Assembly (NCBI GenBank): GCA_039621445.1
Contig: CP154954.1
Span: forward strand, 17,080,589 to 17,144,588
Origin: Euglena gracilis
Lineage: Eukaryota
DNA length: 64,000 nt
Direction of reading: 5' to 3'
Shown here: positions 1 to 10,600 of the stretch, in pieces
Numbering within the stretch: position 1 is the stretch's first letter
Layout of the letters: the number at the start of each line of letters is the position of its first letter
Translations under genes and position numbers: made by a program
Notes under the pieces: model-generated
The model's input: only the letters and a program-made list of their open reading frames with translations
Told to the model about the DNA's origin: nothing
Databases searched by the model: none

Positions 1-180
1 AAAAAATTGGTCGCTTTGTGCAAATCAACCAAAAAAAGTTTAAGTGCGAGATGCACCGCCTAAGTTCCATTCAGGCCGTTGGCCTCGCAATACATGTTTG
101 CCGATTATGAAGCACAGTTAATTGAATGCCTGCGCGATACCCTAAGTCTCCACCAGCCAAAAATGACTGATTGGCTGCTG

Positions 181-342
181 TTATATTATGTTATATTATA
201 CCATATTATATTATATTACATTACATCAATTGTATTACATTAATTATCTTACATTTTGTTATATTATATTATATTATATTACATTCTATTGTGTTATAGG
301 ATATTATATTATAGTATAGTATATTATATTATATTATATTGT
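181..342. repeat. AT-rich (TTATA)n-type degenerate microsatellite
   Basis: Repeated ttata/ttaca/atatt pentamers visible directly. Confidence 0.85.
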
Positions 343-401
343 GTGTTGTATTTTGTTGGCTGCCGCCACATAGTGTGGAAGTAAAACCATTTTTGCCCCA
401 G

Positions 402-580
402 GCCCACGCTTTGTGTTGAACTCCGTGCTTGACGCAATGGCCAAGACCCCCAACCTGGGGACGAAGACGGGCAAGGGTTTCTATTCTTATGACTCCAAGG
501 GCAAGCAGGGGGAGCTGGAGAAGGACACCCTCAAGAAGTTCGGTGCCTTGACAGGGGACGAGAAGTTCAACTATGATGAG
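402..580 (+). CDS. Internal exon of a 3-hydroxyacyl-CoA dehydrogenase / fatty-acid beta-oxidation multifunctional enzyme (FadB/FadJ/HADHA-like), C-terminal region
   Basis: Acceptor ttttgccccag|GC at 401/402 and donor GAG|gtgcga at 580/581. Translation (G)PRFVLNSVLDAMAKTPNLGTKTGKGFYSYDSKGKQGELEKDTLKKFGALTGDEKFNYDE contains the LGxKxGKGFYxY motif typical of the 3HCDH C-terminal domain. Codons are GC3-rich. Confidence 0.85.
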
Positions 581-910
581 GTGCGAACTGCTGCAGAGAT
601 TCCTTTTGGACAGAATATAATAGGCCGAAAACTGTTTCAAAAAAAGACAAATGGCAGTTGCATGGATGGGAGTAGAGGGTGACTACTCTGACAGCATTAT
701 TATCCATGACTAAAAGGTAGAGATACTGGCCGGAAAATGGGGCGAGATTGTGACGTGGATGTTTACATGAATGCAGAACAGCAATGGTGTCAACAAAGGT
801 GTCCACACGGGCCAAACTGGGTTTGGAGGGAGCCCAACCTGGGACGAAGGGTTGGGGGACGGGCAGTTGCTGAATTGGTGTTGGCGGGGGCGGACGGATG
901 GTGTCCTCCT

Positions 911-986
911 GGCAGCGGTGACGACCCCCAAGTCCCCAGAGTCATCGCATGATGGATGGTCAAACCTCAGAGAAGTCTGAGCTGCC
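911..986 (+). ncRNA. Box C/D snoRNA A (copy 1 of 22)
   Basis: Perfect terminal stem GGCAGC/GCTGCC. Box C GTGACGA at 918-924 (consensus GTGATGA in copies 2, 4, 5), D' CAGA 937-940, C' ATGATGG 949-955, D CTGA 977-980; 76 nt. Other copies start at about 1801, 2690, 3544, 4431, 5287, 6144, 7032, 7893, 8751, 9633, 10490, 11350, 12208, 13063, 13920, 14777, 15635, 16489, 17346, 18205, 19061. Confidence 0.88.
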
Positions 987-1169
987 CCCCGGAGGATTGT
1001 TCCCGGTTGGGTGGGGTGTGGGCTGGGCCGGGGTCGACATTGGTTTCGCTTTTAGCGCACACGAAATCGCACAGCACAACAGGTGCGCACGCACACGGGC
1101 GCAGAGACACAGACCGAGACCGAGGCGGGAAGGGGGGTTGGGGAGGAGGTGTGGTGACCAACCCGCATG

Positions 1170-1246
1170 GGGGCTCGATGATGCCAACCCACAAGTCTTC
1201 TGCTCTGTGATGCACATCTCAACTTGGTCGATGCTACTGAGGCCCC
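1170..1246 (+). ncRNA. Box C/D snoRNA B (copy 1 of 22)
   Basis: Terminal stem GGGGCT/GGCCCC (one G-U pair). Box C ATGATGC 1178-1184, degenerate D' CTGC 1200-1203, C' GTGATGC 1207-1213, D CTGA 1237-1240; 77 nt. Present once per unit. Confidence 0.8.
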
Positions 1247-1306
1247 TGGAACACCTGTTTGGTCGTGTTCCCGCACGACAGGTGATTTTTTTTCAGGGCT
1301 GATTGG

Positions 1307-1380
1307 GGCCCATCCATTTCTGTTACAGCCTGCGCATTGGACGGGTGACGTTGCTGGCTGGAAAATGGGGGTTGAGAGGG
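1307..1380 (+). ncRNA. Single-hairpin H/ACA-like (AGA box) guide RNA C (copy 1 of 22)
   Basis: Lower stem GGCCC..CCAT/ATGG.GGGTT, an internal loop, upper stem CAGCC/GGCTG. AGA at 1375-1377 lies 1 nt after the stem and 14 nt from the upper stem. Confidence 0.6.
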
Positions 1381-1457
1381 CTGGCCGCGGGGTGTGGCTG
1401 CGTGGAATGGCGGCTGTTTTGGCCGCAGTCACTCCAGTGAGCAGGAGGCAGGGCCAT

Positions 1458-1520
1458 GGGTGGTTGGCTCACCACCAGCTCCGTGTTGGTGGTAAGTTTT
1501 CTTCACGCAAAAAAACCACA
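1458..1520 (+). ncRNA. Possible additional hairpin guide RNA D (weak; AAA instead of AGA box)
   Basis: Strong upper stem ACCACCAGC/GTTGGTGGT flanked by unpaired arms TTGGCTC and AAGTTTTCT. Weak lower stem GTGG/TCAC. An A-run begins 15 nt after the upper stem. Confidence 0.3.
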
Positions 1521-1580
1521 TTCATCCACACCCACAAACACTGTGTGGTTGTGGGTTGGTGTGGGGGGGGGGGGGTGGCA

Positions 1581-1643
1581 GCCTTAATATCCTCCAGCAC
1601 GCCAATCCGATGGTGCTGCTGGCCGGAAAATGGGGCGAGATTG
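1581..1643 (+). ncRNA. Single-hairpin H/ACA-like (AGA box) guide RNA E (first of 21 complete copies)
   Basis: Lower stem GCCTTA/TGGGGC, pocket ATATCCT / CCGGAAAA, upper stem CCAGCA-CGCCA/TGGTG-C-TGCTGG. AGA at 1638-1640 lies 1 nt after the stem and 15 nt from the top of the pocket; ~63 nt. Confidence 0.75.
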
Positions 1644-4600
1644 TGACGTGGATGTTTACATGAATGCAGAACAGCCATGGTGTCAACAAAGGGTGCACGG
1701 GCCAAACTGGGTTTGGAGGGAGCCCAACCTGGGACGAAGGGTTGGGGGACAGGCAGTTGCTGAATTGGTGTTGGCGGGGGCGGACGGATGGTGTCCTCCT
1801 GGCAGCGGTGATGACCCCCAAGTCCCCAGAGTCATCGCATGATGGATGGTCAAACCTCAGAGAAGTCTGAGCTGCCCCGGAGGATTGTTCCCGGTTGGGT
1901 GGGGTGTGGGCTGGGCCGGGGTCGGCATTGGTTTCGCTTTTAGCGCACACGAAATCGCACAGCACAACAGGTGCGCATGCACACGGGCGCAGAGACACAG
2001 ACCCAGACCCAGGCGGGAAGGGGGTTGGGGAGGAGGTGTGGTGGCCAACCCGCATGGGGGCTCGATGATGCCAACCCACAAGTCTTCTGCTCTGTGATGC
2101 ACATCTCAACTTGGTCGATGCTACTGAGGCCCCTGGAACACCTGTTTGGTCGTGTTCCCGCACGACAGGTGATTTTTTTTCAGGGCTGATTGGGGCCCAT
2201 CCATTTCTGTTACAGCCTGCGCATTGGACGGGTGACGTTGCTGGCTGGAAAATGGGGGTTGAGAGGGCTGGCCGCGGGGTGTGGCTGCGTGGAATGGCGG
2301 CTGTTTTGGCCACAGTCACTCCAGTGAGCAGGAGGCAGGGCCATGGGTGGTTGGCTCACCACCAGCTCCGTGTTGGTGGTAAGTTTTCTTCACGCAAAAA
2401 AACCACATTCATCCACATCCACAAACACTGTGTGGTTGTGGGTTGGTGTGGGGGGGGGGGGGGGGGGCAGCCTTAATATCCTCCAGCACGCCAATCCGAT
2501 GGTGCTGCTGGCCGGAAAATGGGGCGAGATTGTGACGTGGATGTTTACATGAATGCAGAACAGCCATGGTGCCAACAAAGGGTGCACGGGCCAAACTGGG
2601 TTTGGAGGGAGCCCAACCTGGGACGAAGGGTTGGGGGACGGGCAGTTGCTGAATTGGCGTTGGCGGGGGCGGACGGATGGTGTCCTCCTGGCAGCGGTGA
2701 CGACCCCCAAGTCCCCAGAGTCATCGCATGATGGATGGTCAAACCTCAGAGAAGTCTGAGCTGCCCCCCGGAGGATTGTTCCCGGTTGGGTGGGGTGTGG
2801 GCTGGGCCGGGGTCGGCATTGGTTTCGCTTTTAGCGCACACGAAATCGCACAGCACAACAGGTGCGCACAGGCGGGAAGGGGGGTTGGGGAGGAGGTGTG
2901 GTGGCCAACCCGCATGGGGGCTCGATGATGCCAACCCACAAGTCTTCTGCTCTGTGATGCACATCTCAACTTGGTCGATGCTACTGAGGCCCCTGGAACA
3001 CCTGTTTGGTCGTGTTCCCGCACGACAGGTGTTTTTTTTTTTTTTTTTATTGGGGCCCATCCATTTCTGTTACAGCCTGCGCATTGGACGGGTGACGTTG
3101 CTGGCTGGAAAATGGGGGTTGAGAGGGCTGGCCGCGGGGTGTGGCTGCGTGGAATGGCGGCTGTTTTGGCCGCAGTCACTCCAGCGAGCAGGAGGCAGGG
3201 CCATGGGTGGTTGGCTCACCACCAGCTCCGTGTTGGTGGTAAGTTTTCTTCACGCAAAAAAACCACATTCATCCACATCCACAAACACTGTGTGGTTGTG
3301 GGTTGGTGTGGGGGGGGGTGGCAGCCTTAATATCCTCCAGCACGCCAATCCGATGGTGCTGCTGGCCGGAAAATGGGGCGAGATTGTGACGTGGATGTTT
3401 ACATGAATGCAGAACAGCCATGGTGTCAACAAAGGGTGCACGGGCCAAACTGGGTTTGGAGGGAGCCCAACCTGGGACGAAGGGTTGGGGGACGGGCAGT
3501 TGCTGAATTGGTGTTGGCGGGGGCGGACGGATGGTGTCCTCCTGGCAGCGGTGATGACCCCCAAGTCCCCAGAGTCATCGCATGATGGATGGTCAAACCT
3601 CAGAGAAGTCTGAGCTGCCCCGGAGGATTGTTCCCGGTTGGGTGGGGTGTGGGCTGGGCCGGGGTCGGCATTGGTTTCGCTTTTAGCGCACACGAAATCG
3701 CACAGCACAACAGGTGCGCATGCACACGGGCGCAGAGACACAGACCCAGACCCAGGCGGGAAGGGGGTTGGGGAGGAGGTGTGGTGGCCAACCCGCATGG
3801 GGGCTCGATGATGCCAACCCACAAGTCTTCTGCTCTGTGATGCACATCTCAACTTGGTCGATGCTACTGAGGCCCCTGGAACACCTGTTTGGTCGTGTTC
3901 CCGCACGACAGGTGATTTTTTTTTCAAGGCTGATTGGGGCCCATCCATTTCTGTTACAGCCTGCGCATTGGACGGGTGACGTTGCTGGCTGGAAAATGGG
4001 GGTTGAGAGGGCTGGCCGCGGGGTGTGGCTGCGTGGAATGGCGGCTGTTTTGGCCACAGTCACTCCAGTGAGCAGGGGGCAGGGCCATGGGTGGTTGGCT
4101 CACCACCAGCTCCGTGTTGGTGGTAAGTTTTCTTCACGCAAAAAAACCACATTCATCCACATCCACAAACACTGTGTGGTTGTGGGTTGGTGGGGGGGGG
4201 GGGGGTGGCAGCCTTAATATCCTCCAGCACGCCAATCCGATGGTGCTGCTGGCCGGAAAATGGGGCGAGATTGTGACGTGGATGTTTACATGAATGCAGA
4301 ACAGCCATGGTGTCAACAAAGGGTGCACGGGCCAAACTGGGTTTGGAGGGAGCCCAACCTGGGACGAAGGGTTGGGGGACGGGCAGTTGCTGAATTGGTG
4401 TTGGCGGGGGCGGACGGATGGTGTCCTCCTGGCAGCGGTGATGACCCCCAAGTCCCCAGAGTCATCGCATGATGGATGGTCAAACCTCAGAGAAGTCTGA
4501 GCTGCCCCCCGGAGGATTGTTCCCGGTTGGGTGGGGTGTGGGCTGGGCCGGGGTCGGCATTGGTTTCGCTTTTAGCGCACACGAAATCGCACAGCACAAC

Positions 4601-7600
4601 AGGTGCGCACAGGCGGGAAGGGGGGTTGGGGAGGAGGTGTGGTGGCCAACCCGCATGGGGGCTCGATGATGCCAACCCACAAGTCTTCTGCTCTGTGATG
4701 CACATCTCAACTTGGTCGATGCTACTGAGGCCCCTGGAACACCTGTTTGGTCGTGTTCCCGCACGACAGGTGATTTTTTTTCAGGGCTGATTGGGGCCCA
4801 TCCATTTCTGTTACAGCCTGCGCATTGGACGGGTGACGTTGCTGGCTGGAAAATGGGGGTTGAGAGGGCTGGCCGCGGGGTGTGGCTGCGTGGAATGGCG
4901 GCTGTTTTGGCCACAGTCACTCCAGTGAGCAGGAGGCAGGGCCATGGGTGGTTGGCTCACCACCAGCTCCGTGTTGGTGGTAAGTTTTCTTCACGCAAAA
5001 AAACCACATTCATCCACATCCACAAACACTGTGTGGTTGTGGGTTGGTGTGGGGGGGGGGGTGGCAGCCTTAATATCCTCCAGCACGCCAATCCGATGGT
5101 GCTGCTGGCCGGAAAATGGGGCGAGATTGTGACGTGGATGTTTACATGAATGCAGAACAGCCATGGTGCCAACAAAGGGTGCACGGGCCAAACTGGGTTT
5201 GGAGGGAGCCCAACCTGGGACGAAGGGTTGGGGGACGGGCAGTTGCTGAATTGGTGTTGGCGGGGGCGGACGGATGGTGTCCTCCTGGCAGCGGTGACGA
5301 CCCCCAAGTCCCCAGAGTCATCGCATGATGGATGGTCAAACCTCAGAGAAGTCTGAGCTGCCCCCCGGAGGATTGTTCCCGGTTGGGTGGGGTGTGGGCT
5401 GGGCCGGGGTCGGCATTGGTTTCGCTTTTAGCGCACACGAAATCGCACAGCACAACAGGTGCGCACAGGCGGGAAGGGGGGTTGGGGAGGAGGTGTGGTG
5501 GCCAACCCGCATGGGGGCTCGATGATGCCAACCCACAAGTCTTCTGCTCTGTGATGCACATCTCAACTTGGTCGATGCTACTGAGGCCCCTGGAACACCT
5601 GTTTGGTCGTGTTCCCGCACGACAGGTGTTTTTTTTTTCCGGGCTGATTGGGGCCCATCCATTTCTGTTACAGCCTGCGCATTGGACGGGTGACGTTGCT
5701 GGCTGGAAAATGGGGGTTGAGAGGGCTGGCCGCGGGGTGTGGCTGCGTGGAATGGCGGCTGTTTTGGCCGCAGTCACTCCAGCGAGCAGGAGGCAGGGCC
5801 ATGGGTGGTTGGCTCACCACCAGCTCCGTGTTGGTGGTAAGTTTTCTTCACGCAAAAAACCACATTCATCCACATCCACAAACACTGTGTGGTTGTGGGT
5901 TGGTGTGGGGGGGGGGGGTGGCAGCCTTAATATCCTCCAGCACGCCAATCCGATGGTGCTGCTGGCCGGAAAATGGGGCGAGATTGTGACGTGGATGTTT
6001 ACATGAATGCAGAACAGCCATGGTGTCAACAAAGGGTGCACGGGCCAAACTGGGTTTGGAGGGAGCCCAACCTGGGACGAAGGGTTGGGGGACGGGCAGT
6101 TGCTGAATTGGTGTTGGCGGGGGCGGACGGATGGTGTCCTCCTGGCAGCGGTGACGACCCCCAAGTCCCCAGAGTCATCGCATGATGGATGGTCAAACCT
6201 CAGAGAAGTCTGAGCTGAGCCCCCCGGAGGATTGTTCCCGGTTGGGTGGGGTGTGGGCTGGGCCGGGGTCGGCATTGGTTTCGCTTTTAGCGCACACGAA
6301 ATCGCACAGCACAACAGGTGCGCATGCACACGGGCGCAGAGACACAGACCCAGACCCAGGCGGGAAGGGGGCTGGGAGGAGGTGTGGTGGCCAACCCGCA
6401 TGGGGGCTCGATGATGCCAACCCACAAGTCTTCTGCTCTGTGATGCACATCTCAACTTGGTCGATGCTACTGAGGCCCCTGGAACACCTGTTTGGTCGTG
6501 TTCCCGCACGACAGGTGATTTTTTTTCAGGGCTGATTGGGGCCCATCCATTTCTGTTACAGCCTGCGCATTGGACGGGTGACGTTGCTGGCTGGAAAATG
6601 GGGGTTGAGAGGGCTGGCCGCGGGGTGTGGCTGCGTGGAATGGCGGCTGTTTTGGCCACAGTCACTCCAGTGAGCAGGAGGCAGGGCCATGGGTGGTTGG
6701 CTCACCACCAGCTCCGTGTTGGTGGTAAGTTTTCTTCACGCAAAAAAACCACATTCATCCACACCCACAAACACTGTGTGGTTGTGGGTTGGTGTGGGGG
6801 GGGGGGTGGCAGCCTTAATATCCTCCAGCACGCCAATCCGATGGTGCTGCTGGCCGGAAAATGGGGCGAGATTGTGACGTGGATGTTTATATGAATGCAG
6901 AACAGCCATGGTGCCAACAAAGGGTGCACGGGCCAAACTGGGTTTGGAGGGAGCCCAACCTGGGACGAAGGGTTGGGGGACGGGCAGTTGCTGAATTGGT
7001 GTTGGCGGGGGCGGACGGATGGTGTCCTCCTGGCAGCGGTGTGACGACCCCCAAGTCCCCAGAGTCATCGCATGATGGATGGTCAAACCTCAGAGAAGTC
7101 TGAGCTGCCCCCCGGAGGATTGTTCCCGGTTGGGTGGGGTGTGGGCTGGGCCGGGGTCGGCATTGGTTTCGCTTTTAGCGCACACGAAATCGCACAGCAC
7201 AACAGGTGCGCACAGGCGGGAAGGGGGGTTGGGGAGGAGGTGTGGTGGCCAACCCGCATGGGGGCTCGATGATGCCAACCCACAAGTCTTCTGCTCTGTG
7301 ATGCACATCTCAACTTGGTCGATGCTACTGAGGCCCCTGGAACACCTGTTTGGTCGTGTTCCCGCACGACAGGTGTTTTTTTTTCAGGGCTGATTGGGGC
7401 CCATCCATTTCTGTTACAGCCTGCGCATTGGACGGGTGACGTTGCTGGCTGGAAAATGGGGGTTGAGAGGGCTGGCCGCGGGGTGTGGCTGCGTGGAATG
7501 GCGGCTGTTTTGGCCGCAGTCACTCCAGCGAGCAGGAGGCAGGGCCATGGGTGGTTGGCTCACCACCAGCTCCGTGTTGGTGGTAAGTTTTCTTCACGCA

Positions 7601-10600
7601 AAAAAACCACATTCATCCACATCCACAAACACTGTGTGGTTGTGGGTTGGTGGGGGGGGGGGGGGGGTGGCAGCCTTAATATCCTCCAGCACGCCAATCC
7701 GATGGTGCTGCTGGCCGGAAAATGGGGCGAGATTGTGACGTGGATGTTTACATGAATGCAGAACAGCCATGGTGTCAACAAAGGGTGCACGGGCCAAACT
7801 GGGTTTGGAGGGAGCCCAACCTGGGACGAAGGGTTGGGGGACGGGCAGTTGCTGAATTGGTGTTGGCGGGGGCGGACGGATGGTGTCCTCCTGGCAGCGG
7901 TGACGACCCCCAAGTCCCCAGAGTCATCGCATGATGGATGGTCAAACCTCAGAGAAGTCTGAGCTGCCCCCCGGAGGATTGTTCCCGGTTGGGGTGGGGG
8001 GGGGCTAGGCCGGGGTCGGCATTGGTTTCGCTTTTAGCGCACACGAAATCGCACAGCACAACAGGTGCGCACAGGCGGGAAGGGGGGTTGGGGAGGAGGT
8101 GTGGTGACCAACCCGCATGGGGGCTCGATGATGCCAACCCACAAGTCTTCTGCTCTGTGATGCACATCTCAACTTGGTCGATGCTACTGAGGCCCCTGGA
8201 ACACCTGTTTGGTCGTGTTCCCGCACGACAGGTGATTTTTTTTCAGGGCTGATTGGGGCCCATCCATTTCTGTTACAGCCTGCGCATTGGACGGGTGACG
8301 TTGCTGGCTGGAAAATGGGGGTTGAGAGGGCTGGCCGCGGGGTGTGGCTGCGTGGAATGGCGGCTGTTTTGGCCGCAGTCACTCCAGTGAGCAGGAGGCA
8401 GGGCCATGGGTGGTTGGCTCACCACCAGCTCCGTGTTGGTGGTAAGTTTTCTTCACAAAAAAAACCCCCATTCATCCCCCCCCACAACCGTTGGGGGGTT
8501 GGGGGTTGGGGGGGGGGGGGGGGGGTGGCAGCCTTAATATCCTCCAGCACGCCAATCCGATGGTGCTGCTGGCCGGAAAATGGGGCGAGATTGTGACGTG
8601 GATGTTTACATGAATGCAGAACAGCCATGGTGTCAACAAAGGGTGCACGGGCCAAACTGGGTTTGGAGGGAGCCCAACCTGGGACGAAGGGTTGGGGGAC
8701 GGGCAGTTGCTGAATTGGTGTTGGCGGGGGCGGACGGATGGTGTCCTCCTGGCAGCGGTGACGACCCCCAAGTCCCCAGAGTCATCGCATGATGGATGGT
8801 CAAACCTCAGAGAAGTCTGAGCTGCCCCGGAGGATTGTTCCCGGTTGGGTGGGGTGTGGGCTGGGCCGGGGTCGGCATTGGTTTCACTTTTAGCGCACAC
8901 GAAATCGCACAGCACAACAGGTGCGCATGCACACGGGCGCAGAGACACAGACCCAGACCCAGGCGGGAAGTGGGGTGGGAGGAGGTGTGGTGACCAACCC
9001 GCATGGGGGCTCGATGATGACAACCCACAAGTCTTCTGCTCTGTGATGCACATCTCAACTTGGTCGATGCTACTGAGGCCCCTGGAACACCTGTTTGGTC
9101 GTGTTCCCGCACGACAGGTGATTTTTTTTCAGGGCTGATTGGGGCCCATCCATTTCTGTTACAGCCTGCGCATTGGACGGGTGACGTTGCTGGCTGGAAA
9201 ATGGGGGTTGAGAGGGCTGGCCGCGGGGTGTGGCTGCGTGGAATGGCGGCTGTTTTGGCCGCAGTCACTGCAGCGAGCAGGAGGCAGGGCCATGGGTGGT
9301 TGGCTCACCACCAGCTGCGTGTTGGTGGTAAGTTTTCTTCACGCAAAAAAACCACATTCATCCACATCCACAAACACTGTGTGGTTGTGGGTTGGTGTGG
9401 GGGGGGGTGGCAGCCTTAATATCCTCCAGCACGCCAATCCGATGGTGCTGCTGGCCGGAAAATGGGGCGAGATTGTGACGTGGATGTTTACATGAATGCA
9501 GAACAGCCATGGTGTCAACAAAGGGTGCACGGGCCAAACTGGGTTTGGAGGGAGCCCAACCTGGGACGAAGGGTTGGGGGACGGGCAGTTGCTGAATTGG
9601 TGTTGGGGGGGGCGGACGGATGGTGTCCTCCTGGCAGCGGTGACGACCCCCAAGTCCCCAGAGTCATCGCATGATGGATGGTCAAACCTCAGAGAAGTCT
9701 GAGCTGCCCCCCGGAGGATTGTTCCCGGTTGGGTGGGGTGTGGGCTGGGCCGGGGTCGGCATTGGTTTCGCTTTTAGCGCACACGAAATCGCACAGCACA
9801 ACAGGTGCGCACAGGCGGGAAGGGGGGTTGGGGAGGAGGTGTGGTGGCCAACCCGCATGGGGGCTCGATGATGCCAACCCACAAGTCTTCTGCTCTGTGA
9901 TGCACATCTCAACTTGGTCGATGCTACTGAGGCCCCTGGAACACCTGTTTGGTCGTGTTCCCGCACGACAGGTGTTTTTTTTTCAGGGCTGATTGGGGCC
10001 CATCCATTTCTGTTACAGCCTGCGCATTGGACGGGTGACGTTGCTGGCTGGAAAATGGGGGTTGAGAGGGCTGGCCGCGGGGTGTGGCTGCGTGGAATGG
10101 CGGCTGTTTTGGCCGCAGTCACTCCAGCGAGCAGGAGGCAGGGCCATGGGTGGTTGGCTCACCACCAGCTCCGTGTTGGTGGTAAGTTTTCTTCACGCAA
10201 AAAAACCACATTCATCCACATCCACAAACACTGTGTGGTTGTGGGTTGGTGGGGGGGGGGGGGGTGGCAGCCTTAATATCCTCCAGCACGCCAATCCGAT
10301 GGTGCTGCTGGCCGGAAAATGGGGCGAGATTGTGACGTGGATGTTTACATGAATGCAGAACAGCCATGGTGTCAACAAAGGGTGCACGGGCCAAACTGGG
10401 TTTGGAGGGAGCCCAACCTGGGACGAAGGGTTGGGGGACGGGCAGTTGCTGAATTGGTGTTGGCGGGGGCGGACGGATGGTGTCCTCCTGGCAGCGGTGA
10501 CGACCCCCAAGTCCCCAGAGTCATCGCATGATGGATGGTCAAACCTCAGAGAAGTCTGAGCTGCCCCCCGGAGGATTGTTCCCGGTTGGGTGGGGTGTGG

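Noticed and set aside
581-682. Extension of the dehydrogenase ORF to the stop at 682
   Set aside because: Similarity and GC3 bias end at the GAG|gtgcga donor; this is read-through into the intron.
661-721. Hairpin catggat..gagtag/ctactc..atccatg followed by AGA, as another guide RNA
   Set aside because: The AGA is ~10 nt from the stem rather than 1 nt, there is no proper two-sided pocket, and it is single copy.
1680-1750. Hairpins ccaaac/gtttgg and cccaacc/ggttggg as a sixth guide RNA
   Set aside because: There is no correctly spaced AGA/ACA or C/D boxes, and this segment varies between copies.
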